Part shown: in pieces, positions 1 through 11,600 of the stretch
How positions within the stretch are numbered: position 1 is the stretch's first letter
How the letters are laid out: each line of letters begins with the position of its first letter
DNA from: Mobula hypostoma
Taxonomy: Eukaryota
Assembly (NCBI RefSeq): GCF_963921235.1
Contig: NC_086108.1
Coordinates: 117,492,001 to 117,556,000, forward strand
DNA: 64,000 nucleotides
Direction: 5' to 3'
Position numbers and translations under genes: made by a program
The notes under the pieces: model-generated
The model's input: the letters and a program-made list of their open reading frames with translations, nothing else
What the model was told of the DNA's origin: nothing
Databases searched by the model: none

Positions 1-383
1 CTTTACTCTTTGGAGAGAAGGAGGATGAGAGGAGACATGATAGAGGTGTACAAGATAATAAGAGGAATAGATAGAATGGATAGCCAGCGCCTCTTCCCCA
101 GGGCACCACTGCTCAATACAAGAGGACATGGCTTTAAGGTAAGGGGTGGGAAGTTCAAGGGGGATATTAGAGGAAGGTTTTTTACTCAGAGAGTGGTTGG
201 TGCGTGGAATGCACTGCCTGAATCAGTGGTGGAGGCAGATACACTAGTGAAGTTTAAGAGACTACTAGACAGGTATATGGAGGAATCTAAGGTGGGGGCT
301 TATATGGGAGGCAGGGTTTGAGGGTCAGCACAACATTGTAGGCCGAAGGGCCTGTACTGTGCTGTACTATTCTATGTTCTATG
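1..383 (+). mobile_element. CR1 LINE 3' end (young subfamily)
   Basis: ORF2 C-terminus ERRRMRGDMIEVYK...TRGH...FFTQRVVGAWN and the tail ctgtactgtgctgtactattctatgttctatgt; nearly identical to 14476-14860. Confidence 0.9.
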
Positions 384-1465
384 TACAATACAGGCCCTTA
401 GGCCCGCAAGGCTGTGCTGAACTTGTCCATACCTTGGAACTACTTAGGCTTACCCATAGCCCTCCATTTTTCTAAGCTCCATGTACCTATCCAGGAGTCT
501 GTTAAAAGACCCTATCGTTTCCGCCTCCACCACCGCTGCCAGCAGCCCATTCCACGCACTCACGATTCTCTGTATAAAAAAACCTTACCCCTGACATCTC
601 CTCTGTACCTACTTCCAAACACCTTAAAACTATGCCCTCTTGTGCTAGTCTCGTGGAAAAAGCTTCTGACTAGCCAAACGATCAAAGTCTCTCACTGTCT
701 TGTACACCTCTATCAGGTCACCTCTCATCCTCCGTCACTCCAAGAAGAAGGGGCCAAGTTCACTCAACCTATTCTCATAAGGCATGCTCCCCAATTGAGA
801 CAATATTCTTATAAATCTCCTCTTTACCCTTTCAATGGTTTCCACATCCTTCCTGTAGTGAAGTGACCAGAATTAAGCACAGTACTCCCAGTGGGGTCTG
901 ACCAGGGTTCTATATAGCTGCAACATTATCGTTCGGCTCTTAAAATCAATCCCACAGTTGATGAAGGCCAACGCACCGTATGCCTTCTTAACCACAGAGT
1001 CAAGCTGCGTAGCAGCTTAGAATGTTCTATGGACTTGGACCCCAAGATCCCTCTGATCCTCCACACTGCCGAGAGTCTTCCCATTAATGCTATATTCTGC
1101 CATCATATTTGACTTACCATAATGAACCACCTCACACTTATCTGGGCTGAACTCCATCTGCCACTTCTCAGCCCAGTTTTGCATCCTATCCGTGTCCCAC
1201 TGTAACCTCTGACACCACTCCACACTATCGACAACACCTCCAACCTTTATGTCATCAGCAAACTTACTAACCCATCCCTCCACTTCCTCATCCAGGTCAT
1301 TTATAAATATCATTTAAGAGTAAGGGTCCCAGAATAGATCCCTGAGGCACACCACTGGTCACCGATCTCCATACAGAATATGCTCCATCTACAACCACTC
1401 TTTGCCTTCTGAGTGCAAGCCATTTCTGGATCCACAAAGCAGTGATCCTTGGATCTCATACCTCT
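384..1465 (-). mobile_element. CR1 LINE RT/3' fragment
   Basis: [27 protein letters not shown] motif plus the CR1 C-terminus on the minus strand. Confidence 0.9.
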
Positions 1466-1469
1466 TGCT

Positions 1470-3628
1470 GTGTGACTCATTTTTCACTTGCTGCTTCTAG
1501 ACACCTGACATCTCTTGGCTTTAACCAGCCTGTCAACATCAGGGACCAGTTTCTGGGCAGTTGTGATTTTCATAATGTCGTTTAGATGTCTGTGTGTCAG
1601 TTGCGAGTGCAGTTTGGATTTGTTAATGTTCATTATGGAGAACGCCTGCTGACAGAGATATATTGTCCAAAACATACAAAGGATCTTTGAGGCAAAGTCT
1701 GTCATCTTGGGGTACATCGGTCTCAGGTATTGATAGAATGAGCCCAGACCCACATTCTCAAATTTATATGTCAAAGCCGAGTTACACTGATTTTCAATTA
1801 GTTCCATTTGAAGTTCCTCTGACACATCTGATGCTGTGTTGATGGCAAACAGCGAGCAAAATAGTGAGAATTCCTTCTCGAGCTGAGTGAAGACTTGGAA
1901 ACGATTCTGAAACTCACTTTTCAGCCGTGATATTTTGTCCTTGTACCTGTCCATGTCGTCATTATTCCCATGAGCGACACGCACAGACTGCAAAGCGGGG
2001 AAATGAGCTGGGTTGCTCCGGGATAGTTGTATCTCCCACAGGCCTAATTTAATTTGAAAGGCACAAATGCTGTCGTAGTATTCCATATCAAGTTTGTTTC
2101 GGCCTTGCATGTTAACATTAAGCACATTTAAGTGCTCTGTTATATCCACCAAAAATGCAAGATCATGAAGCCAGTCTGGGTCATCCAACTCTGCCACTGG
2201 CTTCCCTTTCTCGTTCATGAATAGTCCAATTTCCGCATGTAATTAAAAAAAACGTTTGAGCACAACCCCACTGCTCAACCAGCGGACTTCAGTGTGGTAG
2301 GGTAGGCCGCGTCCAATATTACTTTCAGACAAAAGAGTGTCAAATTGCCAATGGTTGAGTCCCTTGACTCTAATAAAATTAACCATTTTGATCACTACAT
2401 CCATGACATTGTCCATTTTCAGGCTCCTGCTACATAAGGCCTCTTGGTGTATGATACAATGAAAATTCCAGAATTCCTGCTTTGGATTCTCTGTTTGAAC
2501 TTTCTCTCTGAGTTTCGCAACAACACCTGCTTTTTTCCAGACCATGGATGGTGTGCCATCTGTTGCCAGGCTGACAGCCTGACTCTAGTCAACCCCCAGT
2601 CTGTCCAAGGCCTCGACGAGGCTGGAGAAAATGTCGTTCACCGTTGTGCTGTTTCTCATGGGCACCATCTCCACAAACTCCTCGGGTGACAGTCAAAGAT
2701 GCATTAACACCACGAATAAATATTCCCAATTGAGCTACATCAGTCACGTCGGTGCTCTCATCAATTGCAATAGAGAAGGCAATAAATGACTTCACTTTGT
2801 CTTTTAGTTGACTGTTCAAATCTCCTGCAAGATCCCTGATTCTCTGTGCCACAGAATTTCTTGACAAGCTGATGTTACCAAAAGCCTGACTCTTCTCAGG
2901 GCACCAGCTCAGCCACCGTCAGCATGCATGCTTTGATGAATTCCCCCTGAGTATGGCTTCGACGCAGCAGCTATTTTGTTGGCAATAATATAGCGGCTTT
3001 GACAGCTCCATCATGAGTCTCTCGAATTAGGGTGAACACTGATTGCTGTTTTTTCAGAGCTGCTTCAAGCTCGTTTACCTTTTGCGTTCTGAGTCATCCT
3101 GCATACTTGTCATATTTTTCTCCGTGTGACGTCTCATAGTGCCATTTGATATTTACTCTTTTGCCGCAGCCACTTGTGGTGAGCATATCAGACACACAGG
3201 TTTGCCGTTCACCTCACAGAAGAAAAAATGATCTTTCCAATTATCGTTGAATATCCGACCTTCGATGTCAACTTTTCTTTTCTTGGAAAGTATTTTGAAC
3301 CACAGCAGCAAACAGTCTCAGCCTTGCTACAGGTGTTACTTACCTGAGTACTCTGTCAGAGTACCCTGTGTCTGACAACGTAAGTGGGGCCCTAGTGGTC
3401 TTCAGTGCAGGGTGGTAGGTGTTTATGCACAGCGGCTGGTTAACTGTCGCCTATTGTTGTCTAAGTACACACAACAAGCTGCCGGCGCGGCAGGCGGCAC
3501 AGACAGCGGTGGGGGAGAGAGCGGCTGCCGTACAGGTACATAAATGATCGTGAATATACTTTTTATCCCCCAAATAATCCCGTGGGCCGGATTGGACCCC
3601 TTCATGGGCCGGTAGTTTGACACCCCTG
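1470..3628 (-). mobile_element. hAT (Charlie/SPIN-, GTF2IRD2-like) DNA transposon; frameshifted transposase; right end lost
   Basis: Left TIR CAGGGGTGTCAAAC begins at 3628 (minus). Translation gives SKKRKVDIEGRIF..KPVCLIC, SIAIDESTDVTDVAQL, HCIIHQEALC, YHTEVRWLS, LAFLVDI and the hAT dimerisation region YLCQQAFSIM. No second TIR found near 1470. Confidence 0.9.
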
Positions 3629-5440
3629 CCCTAACTTGTCTGTTCCTATCCCTCTCCAATGCTATGGTAAAGGAGATAGAATTCTGATCACTATTTCCAA
3701 AATGCTCTCCCATTAAGAGACCTGACACCTGACCAGGTTCATTTCCTAATACCAGATCAAGTGTAGCCTCTCCTCTTGTAAGCTTATCTACATATTGTGT
3801 CAAGAAAGCTTCCTGAACACACCTAACAAACTCCACCCCATCTAAACCCCTCACTCTAGGGAGATGTCAATCAATATTTGGGAAATTAAAATCTCCCACC
3901 GCAACAACCCCGTTATTATTGCACCTTTGCAGAATCTAGCTCCCTATCTGCTCCTCAATGTCCCGATTGGGTGGTCTATAAAAAAACAACCAGTAGAGTT
4001 ATTGGCCCCTTTCTATTCCTAACTTCCACCCACAGAGACTCCGTAGACGATCCCTCCATGACTTCCTCCTTTTCTGCAGCCGTGACACTATCTCTGATCA
4101 AGTGCCATGCCCTCACCTCCTTTGCCTCCCTCCCTGTCCTTTCTGAAACATCTAAAGCCTGGCACTCGAAGTAACCAATCCTGCTTCTGAGCCATCCAAG
4201 TCTGTAATGGCCACAAGATCATAGCTCTAAGTACAGTACTGATCCACGCTCTAAGCTCATCCACTCCTCATAATACTCCTCGCATTAAAATATAAAACTA
4301 TCAGACTGTGTGCGTCCCTTCTCTATCACCTACCTATCCTCCCTTTCGCACTGTCTCCATGCTTTCTCTATTTGTGAGCCAACTTCTCTTTCCTTCATCT
4401 CTTCTGTTTGGTTCCCACCCTCCAGCAATCCTAGTTTAAACTCTCCACAATAGCCTTAGCTAAACCTCCCCGCTAGGATATTGTTCCACCTAGGATTCAA
4501 GTGCAACCCGTCCTTTTCGTACAGGTCACACCTGCTCCAAAAGAGGTCCCAATTATCCAGAAATATGAATCGCTGTCCCCTGCTCCAATCCCTCAGCCAC
4601 GCATTTATCCTCCACCTCATTCTATTCCTATACTCACTGTCACGTGGCACAGGCAGTAATCCCAAGATTACTACCTTTGAGATCCTGCTTCTCAACTTCC
4701 TTCCTAACTCCCTGTAGTCTGTTTTCAGGACCTCCTCCTTTTTCCTACTTATGTCATTGGTACCATATGCACCACGATCTATGACTGTTCTCCTTCCCAC
4801 TGCAGCATATCTTGTACACGATCAGAAACATCCTGGACCCTGGCACCTGGGAGGCAAACTACCATCCGTATTCCTTTCCTGCGTTCACAGAATTGCCTGT
4901 CTGACCCCCTAACTATAGAGTCCCCTATCACTGCTGCCATCCTCTTCCTTTCCCTACCCTCTGAGCCACAGGGCCAGATTCTATACCAGAGGCATGACCA
5001 CTGTTGCTTCCCCGAGGTAGGCCATCTCCCGCAACAGTACTCAAATAGGAGTACTTATTGTTCAGGAGGACAGCCACTGGCGTACTCTCTAGCATCTGCC
5101 TCTTGCCTTTCCCTCTCCTGACTGTTACCCACTTATCTGTCTCCGGAAGCCCCAGAATGACTACCTGCCTATAGCTCCTCTCTATCACCTCCTCACTCTC
5201 CCTGACCAGACGAAGGTCATCGAGCTGCAGCTCGACGCACCTAGTGCAGATGTGGCCATCTGGGAGGCTGGGAGTCTCCAGGACCTCCCACATCTGACAC
5301 CGAGCACAGAAGACTGGCCTCAAACACATACTTTCTGTCTGTATTCTACTCAGATAACCTACCTTGCCTCGACCCGTAATCGTCTAAGCCCTGTTGAGCC
5401 AAAGCCTTCCTACTCTGTCTCCCTCTACTCTGATGCCCAC
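3629..5440 (-). mobile_element. CR1 5' half: ORF1 (zinc finger + SGNH esterase) and APE endonuclease remnant
   Basis: CARCQMW..HICTRC; GTNDI..VVILGLLPVP..FLDNWDLF..DGLHLN; APE motifs TRGEATLDLVL and SDQNSISF. Confidence 0.88.
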
Positions 5441-6917
5441 TGTATATACCTGTCTTATTTTTGGACTGCACTGCACACAATACTCCGTGTGGTCTCATGA
5501 GTTCCTTATAGATCCTCAACATCACATCCCTGCTCTTGTACTCTATACCTCTAGAAATGAATGCCAACATTGCATTTGCCTTCTTCACAAGCAACTCAAC
5601 CTGGAGGTTAACCTTTAGGGTATCTTGCACAAGGACTCCCAAGTCCTTTTGCATCTCTGCATTTTGAATTCTCTCCCCATCTAAATAATAGTCTACACCA
5701 AAGTGCATGACCATACACATCCAACATTGTATTTTATTTGCCACTTCTTCGCCCATTCCCCTAAAACAGTGGTCCCCAACCTCCGGGCCGCAAAGAATAC
5801 AATGGTGCAACGGTAGCCAGAATGCACCCAGCACATCCTTAAGAAAAAAGCCGAAATAAACAAGCTAATTAATTACGTGCCTAATTAATTAGCTTGTTTA
5901 TTTTGGCTTTTTTCTTAAAGATGTGCTGGGTGCATTCCAGCTACCGCTGCACTGCTGTATTCTTTGCGGCAATGTATCGGTCCGCGGCCCGGAGGTTGGG
6001 GACCACTGCCCTAAACTATCTAAGTGTCTCTGCAGGCACTCCGTTTCCTCAACACTACCCGCTCTTCCATCTATCTTTGTATCATTGGCAAATTTAGCCA
6101 CAAATCCATTAATCCCATAGTCCAAATCATTGACATGCATCGTAAAAAGCAGTGGTCCCAACACTGACCCTGTGGAACTCCACTGGTAACCAGCAGCCAG
6201 CCAGAATAGGATCCCTTTATTCCCACTCTCTGTTTTCTGCTGACCAGCCAATGCTCCACCCACGCTAGTAACTTCCCTGTAATTCCATGGGCTCTTATCT
6301 TTCTAAGCAGCCTCATGTGCGGCACCTTATCAAAGGCCTTCTGAAAATATAAGTACACCACGTCTACTACATCTTCTTTGTCTACCCTGCTTGTAATTTC
6401 CTCAAAGAATTGCAGTAGGTTTGTCAGGCAGGATATCCCTTTCAGGAAACCATGCTGGCTTTGGCCTGTCTTGTCAGGTGCCCCTAGGTACTCTGTAGTC
6501 TCATCCCTAACAATCGATTCCAACAACTTCCCAACCACTGATGTCAGGCCAGTAGGTCTATAGTTTCCTTTCTGCTGCCTCCCACCCTTATTAAATAGCG
6601 GAATAACGTTTACAATTTTCCAGTCATCTGGTACAATGCCAGAATCTATCAATTCTTGAAAGAACATTGTTAATGCCTCCGCAATCTCTCCGGCAACTTC
6701 TTTCAGAACGGAAGGGTGCATTCCATCAGGTCCAGGAGATTTATCCACCCTCAGACCATTCAGCTTCCTGAGCACCTTCTCAGTCGTAATTTTCACTGCA
6801 CAAGCTTCGCTTCCCTGACACTCTTGAATATCCGGTATACTGCAGACGTCTTCCACTGTGAAGACTGATGCAAAATACGCATTCAGTTCCTCTGCCATCT
6901 CTGCATCTCTCATTACA
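5440..6917 (-). mobile_element. CR1 ORF2 RT fragment (host of a MITE)
   Basis: KSPGPDGMHP, GNYRP, QHGF, VYLYFQKAFDKVPH, SGVPQG. Confidence 0.9.
5767..6008. mobile_element. Non-autonomous hAT MITE, near-complete palindrome
   Basis: CAGTGGTCCCCAACCTCCGGGCCGC ... GCGGCCCGGAGGTTGGGGACCACTG; 8-bp TSD ccctaaaa (5759-66) / ccctaaac (6009-16). Confidence 0.93.
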
Positions 6918-6950
6918 GGGATGAAGAATGAAGAAGAAATTTACCAGATA

Positions 6951-8182
6951 CAGTGAAACCTCGATTTTACGCGCCCCGATTTAAGGCGAATTCGTATATA
7001 ACGTGATGAGTCATTGGACTCCATGTCCATCCATGCCCATGTCAATCCATACTCCCCCTTCTCCAGCCTTGTATCCCTTTTGCTAATCAACTTCCCAGCT
7101 CTTGGCTTCATCCCTCCCCTTCCTGTCTTCTCCTATCATTTTGGGTCTCTCCCTCCTCCCCCCAACTTTCAAATCTCTTACTATCTCTTTTTTCCATTGG
7201 TCCTGATGAAGGGTCTCGACCAGATGCTGCCTGGCCTGCTGCGTTCCACTAGCATTTTGTGTGAGTCATTGGACTTTTTTTTTGCTGAAAATGAAGCAAA
7301 CTGCTAGAAAAAGAAAATCTTTTTCTGTGAAAGATAAGCTTCACGCACTTGACACGATCAAGACTAAAAGTCAAACTTAAGTTGCACGAGACCTCGGGAT
7401 ACCGGAATCAACACTTCGTGGCTGGAAATCTCACAAAGAAAAGTTACGCGCGTCGCTTTGTAAAGTTGAAGAAGAAGCAGGACTAAAAGCCAAACGCCTG
7501 AAGCCAGCCAAAGATGTCAGCCTCGATGACTCTGTGTACGAGTGGTTCGTTCAAGCTCGCTCAGTAGGCCTTCTAATTTCTGGTCCTATTCTCAAAGTTG
7601 AAGCCGTGAAGTTTGACAAGCAGATCAATGGAGAAACCTCACAGTTCAAAGATAGCAATGGATGGCTAGACTGGTTTAAACGCCGTCACAGGATTTCTCA
7701 AATGTTAGTGTGGGAGAAATTTGCTCAGCTAACAGTGCCACCACCAGCGAATACCCAGCTGAACTAAAAACTCTCTTAGACGAAGGTGGCTATGTTCAGC
7801 GACATGCTATGTTCAAGCAAGGAACACGCGATCACTTTAATGAAATAAACTGTAATTGATGATTGCTAATATTCTTGAATGTTTTTATTTGTTGTTTTGT
7901 GTATTAAAAAGCTTTATAAAAATTAATTTATGTTTTAATTTCTACAGTAACAACAATGATTTATTCATGGAATTCTTTAATTCAAAGGTAATTTACTTGC
8001 CAGAAGGTAAACTTGCAAAAAACGGGTCAAATAGGGCAAAAATAGGGGTGTTTTAGGATGTTAGGTCAACATTAGGTCAATTTGAACGCTGATTTTCTTG
8101 AACCCTGATTTAGCACGACCCTGCTTTATTCGCGATGACATTTTATGGACCCAAATGATCGCGTTATAATGGGGTTTCACTG
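6951..8182 (+). mobile_element. Tigger/pogo DNA transposon, internally deleted
   Basis: TIRs CAGTGAAACC...GGTTTCACTG flanked by TA on both sides. From the ATG at 7291: psq-type HTH (RKRKSFSVKDKL..VARDLGIPESTLRGW) and CENP-B HTH (YEWFVQARS..ISGPILK..SNGWLDWFKRRH). One internal stop; no DDE domain. Confidence 0.92.
7021..7261 (+). mobile_element. Penelope-like 3' module nested in Tigger
   Basis: 14-bp TSD tgagtcattggact (7007-20 / 7262-75); homologous to the 3' part of the GIY-YIG elements at 57740-59120; contains CTGATGAAGGGTCTCG. Confidence 0.8.
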
Positions 8183-8692
8183 TACATACCTTGCCCATGC
8201 CTGTTCTCACCAAAGCCTCCCCAGGCTAGCTTTGGTCCACTCTAACAACAACCGCTCCACTTGTCCCTACCTTATTTTTATTTGCCCTTGCTAATGAATC
8301 ATGACTGTACTGCTGAAATAAGCCAAAATCCCATGATAGCTCCTTTTTTCAATTTCTCTCTCCCGGTCCTGTGTGAGGCCTTGTGCCAATTCAACTGCGA
8401 CTGCACCACCGAAAATAGCCTCATGTAGGAAAGTGCACCGTAATTAGCTGTAATTTTACTGAGAGGTGGTGAAACTCTGAGGGTTTGAGTAAATCCTTCT
8501 GTTTAATTTCTAATGTTATGTAATGATTGTGAGGGATTTGGAAAGAGCACTGGACAAGGGGATATGTGTGGTAACATTCTGGGGAGGGGGCTGTATATCG
8601 ACGCTGTGCTTGCTGGTCAGCGTAGAAACAGTGATCCAAAGGGCCGGTTTCCAAATTGTGTAACTCTGACTCCCCTTTCTGCTTTTCAATAG

Positions 8693-8819
8693 AAAATATT
8701 ACAGTCTGGGGACAGTGACCAAGACAATGAGCTGGATTTCAAAGAGTTCACTAACTACCTCCACAATCATGAGAAGAAACTTCGACTAGCTTTCAAAAGC
8801 TTGGATAAAAATAATGATG
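8693..8819 (+). CDS. SLC25A24: SCaMC/SLC25A24-like exon 2 (EF-hand 2 and start of EF-hand 3)
   Basis: Pyrimidine tract+AG at 8691-92; translates [42 protein letters not shown](G); donor GTGAGT at 8820; 127 nt, phase 0-1. Confidence 0.95.
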
Positions 8820-8959
8820 GTGAGTGTTACTGACATTTATGATGACGTGAAGATGATTGTACCCTGACAGGGAAGGTTGGTGAATGGCATGCAGTGTAGA
8901 GTTTGGAGACATTGTGGAGGGGGGCAGGGACTGCAATGGAAGTGTCCTCCATTGTGCCA

Positions 8960-9905
8960 TGCATACAGTACTGCAGTGCTGTGCTGTGTTTTGGTTGAGG
9001 CATTGAGTTTAAGAGTCACAAAGTCATGTTGCAGCTGTTTAAAACTCTGATTAGGCCACATTTAGAGAATTGTTTCCAGTTCTGAATCTTTGCTGCCTGG
9101 ATGAGAGAATATCTTCTGAGTATAGGTTGAGTGAGCTAATGCTTTTTTCTTTGGAGCAAAGGAAAATGAGAGGCAACTTGATGGAAGTGTATAAGACTAT
9201 AGGAGGCACAGGTAGAATGGATAGCCAGCACCTTTTTCCCCAGGGTGGCAGTGGCTAATACCAGAGACATCCATTTAAAGTGAGTGGAGAGTTCATTACA
9301 GGAAAGAGACTAGCAATGATAGAAGATTGACTGACTGGCAGGAGGTAAAGAATGGAAATAAAGGGGGCCTTTTCCGGTGGGTTTATACTGCTATCTGTTC
9401 TGTGTTCATCTGTTACAGAAAGGATGTGGAGGCTTTCGAGAGGATGCTAAGAGGTTCACTAGGGTGTTGCCCAGATTACAGGGTATAAACTATCAGGAGG
9501 GGTTGGACAAACTTGTCTTATATTTTCTAGAGCAGTGAAGGCTGAGGGGCAACCTGAAAGAATTATGACAGATACATATAGGATACAGTCAATGTGTGGG
9601 AGGAAAGTTTCAGAGGGATGTTTGGAGCAACAGAGAGTGGTGGGTGCCTGATACAACACACATCAAAGTTGCTGGTGAACGCAGCAGGCCAGGCAGCATC
9701 TCCAGGAAGAGGTACAGTTGACGTTTTGGGCCGAGACCCTGCCTGACACAGGCTGGCGGGGAGGGAGGTGGAACCAGAGACGAAAATGTCATTTAGGGGA
9801 ACATGGGTATGGATCAGATGCAGCCAGATAGGATTAGTTTCATTTGGTGTCACGGTTGGCACACATTATGGGCTGAAGGCCCTGTTCTGTTGTACTGTTC
9901 TGTGT
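8960..9905 (+). mobile_element. Old, degraded CR1 fragments
   Basis: LFSLEQRKMRGNLMEVYK and CR1 tail-like gaaggccctgttctgttgtactgt. Confidence 0.7.
9656..9739 (-). mobile_element. Very short Penelope-like 3' module
   Basis: Reverse complement is GGGTCTCGGCCCAAAACGTCAACTG...GATGCTGCCTGGCCTGCTG; 11-bp TSD tgcctgataca / tgcctgacaca (9645-55 / 9740-50). Confidence 0.75.
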
Positions 9906-9907
9906 TC

Positions 9908-10082
9908 AGCTGCAGTCCTCTGCTATCCTTCATGGCTCCATTGCAATCCTGTGCTGCCTCTTGTTTGCTATACTGCAGTCCTGTGCTGTCCTTTGTGGCT
10001 CCACTGCAGTCCTGTGCTGTCCTTTGTCACTCCATTGCAGTCCTGTGCTGCCTCTTGGTAGCTGTACTGCAGTCCTGTGCTG
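9908..10082. repeat. Degenerate ~31-bp minisatellite (~5.5 copies)
   Basis: Recurring core ctgcagtcctgtgctg, ending about 55 bp before exon 3. Confidence 0.85.
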
Positions 10083-10135
10083 GATCTTAAGATTTTAGTC
10101 TCAATGAGTTTTACTGAACTACTGTTTTTCTTTAG

Positions 10136-10223
10136 GCAAGATTGATGCTGTCGAGATTGTTGAGTCACTCAAGTCTCTGGGAATTCAGATCAACCTTCAG
10201 AATGCACAGAAGATTCTTCACTC
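10136..10223 (+). CDS. SLC25A24: SLC25A24-like exon 3
   Basis: tttttctttAG acceptor; (G)KIDAVEIVESLKSLGIQINLQNAQKILH(S); donor GTAAGC; 88 nt, phase 1-2, in frame with exons 2 and 4. Confidence 0.95.
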
Positions 10224-10739
10224 GTAAGCTGTTTTCCCTGGAACCTCAGGCTGTAACTGCCACAAATGTCTTTATTTAAATTGTTCTTAAGCTTTAGACA
10301 CAAAGGCGACTGTTGTGTATTTTGTTGTTGCTTTGCGGGATGTGGGTGTGTTTGAAAGAGTATAGAAATTCATGGCATCAGTGTTGCTTCAAACTTTGCT
10401 CAGTCTTTGAAGCAACAATTCGAGGAGTCCCACTTTGCGTTCCTCGTTGCCTTCTCAAATACTGCATGGAAACTGTCCTTTGGCCCACTTTGTTTATGCT
10501 GATCAATGAACATAGAATAGTACAGCACATTACGGGCCCTTCGGCCCACAGTGTTGTGCTGACCCTCAAACCCTGCCTCCCATATAACCCCCCACCTTAA
10601 ATTCCTCCACCAGTGTGTCCACCTGAGCTGTCCCATTTGTCAGTGTTTGACCCATACCTATCTAAATTATTTCTATCTGTGTATCTGTCCAGATCTCTTT
10701 AACATGTTGTAGTAATTGTAGCTGCCTCTAACACATGCC

Positions 10740-11190
10740 CATGTATTGCACTGAGAGCTTGACTATGGATGGGTGTGGGGGCATTGTTCAGTTCCAAGAC
10801 GGCCTTGGGGGAAGAAGTTGTTTTTCAGTCTGGATGTCCATGCAGAGATGTTCCTGTATCTCCTGATGGATGGTTTGAACAAGTGATTACTGTGATGGAA
10901 TGAGTCCATCAGGAATTTTTGAGCCCACTGTAGATGTCGTCAGTTGTAGGTGGTTTTTATATCTGGTAGTTGTGTCTCAGTAATGTTCTGTCTATCCTGA
11001 TCACTTGTTGAAGTGCTTTTTGGTCAATCTTGGTGTAGCTAGTGTACCATATTATCATGCAGTAGGTCAGTATGCTCTCAATTATACTTTGGTAAAAGTT
11101 TAACAGCAGCTTTTGGGGCAAATTTGCCCTCTTTAGACTCCTATGATGGTATAGGTGCTCCTGAGTCTTCCCTACTATCAAAGAGGTGTT
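10740..11190 (-). mobile_element. Rex1/Babar-like LINE 3' fragment (old)
   Basis: LLLNFYQSIIESILTYCMIIWY..DQKALQQVI; homologous to the C-terminus of 50701-52996. Confidence 0.75.
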
Positions 11191-11301
11191 AAAAACATAG
11201 AAACATAGAAACCCTACAGAAGAATACAGGCCCTTCAGCCCACACGCTATGCCGAAGATCTACTTAACTTTAGAAATTACCTAGGGTTACCCATAGCCCT
11301 C

Positions 11302-11600
11302 AGTGTGGTGTGTGGCCAAGTACTTAGGGCGTTGGGCTCATGATCTGAAGGTCGTGGGTTCCAGTCTCGTCCAAGGCAGCGTGTTGTGTCTTTGAGCAAG
11401 GCACTTAACCCCACACTGCTCCAGTCCACCCAGCTGAAAATGGGTAAAGACAAAATGCTGGGGTTAACCTCGCGATAGACTGGCGTCCTATCAGGGGGTG
11501 GGGGTGGGAAGTCTCGTACTGTCAGTAGCTTCACGCCACAGAAACTGGCATAAGCACTGGCCTGATGGGCCACAAAGGCTCGGGACAGACCAGAAAAAAA
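11302..11600 (+). mobile_element. tRNA-derived SINE
   Basis: A-box TGGCCAAGT, B-box-like GGTTCCAGTC, CORE-like ttgtgtctttgagcaaggcacttaacc, A-tail; 13-bp TSD acccatagccctc (11289-301 / 11601-13). Confidence 0.9.

Noticed and set aside
1484..3300. Host GTF2IRD2/ZBED gene (likewise TIGD at 7291-7767 and ZBED8-like at 34160-36048)
   Set aside because: Frameshifts or stops, TIRs and nesting within other repeats show these are transposon copies, not domesticated genes.
9908..10135. Cryptic ctgcAG acceptors in the minisatellite before exon 3
   Set aside because: The in-frame one (AG ending 10072) hits TAG within nine codons, so there is no coding extension, unlike at exon 4.
11302..11375. tRNA gene (also the head of 12757-13056)
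   Set aside because: These are SINE heads with TSDs and non-tRNA bodies; no acceptor stem can be formed.
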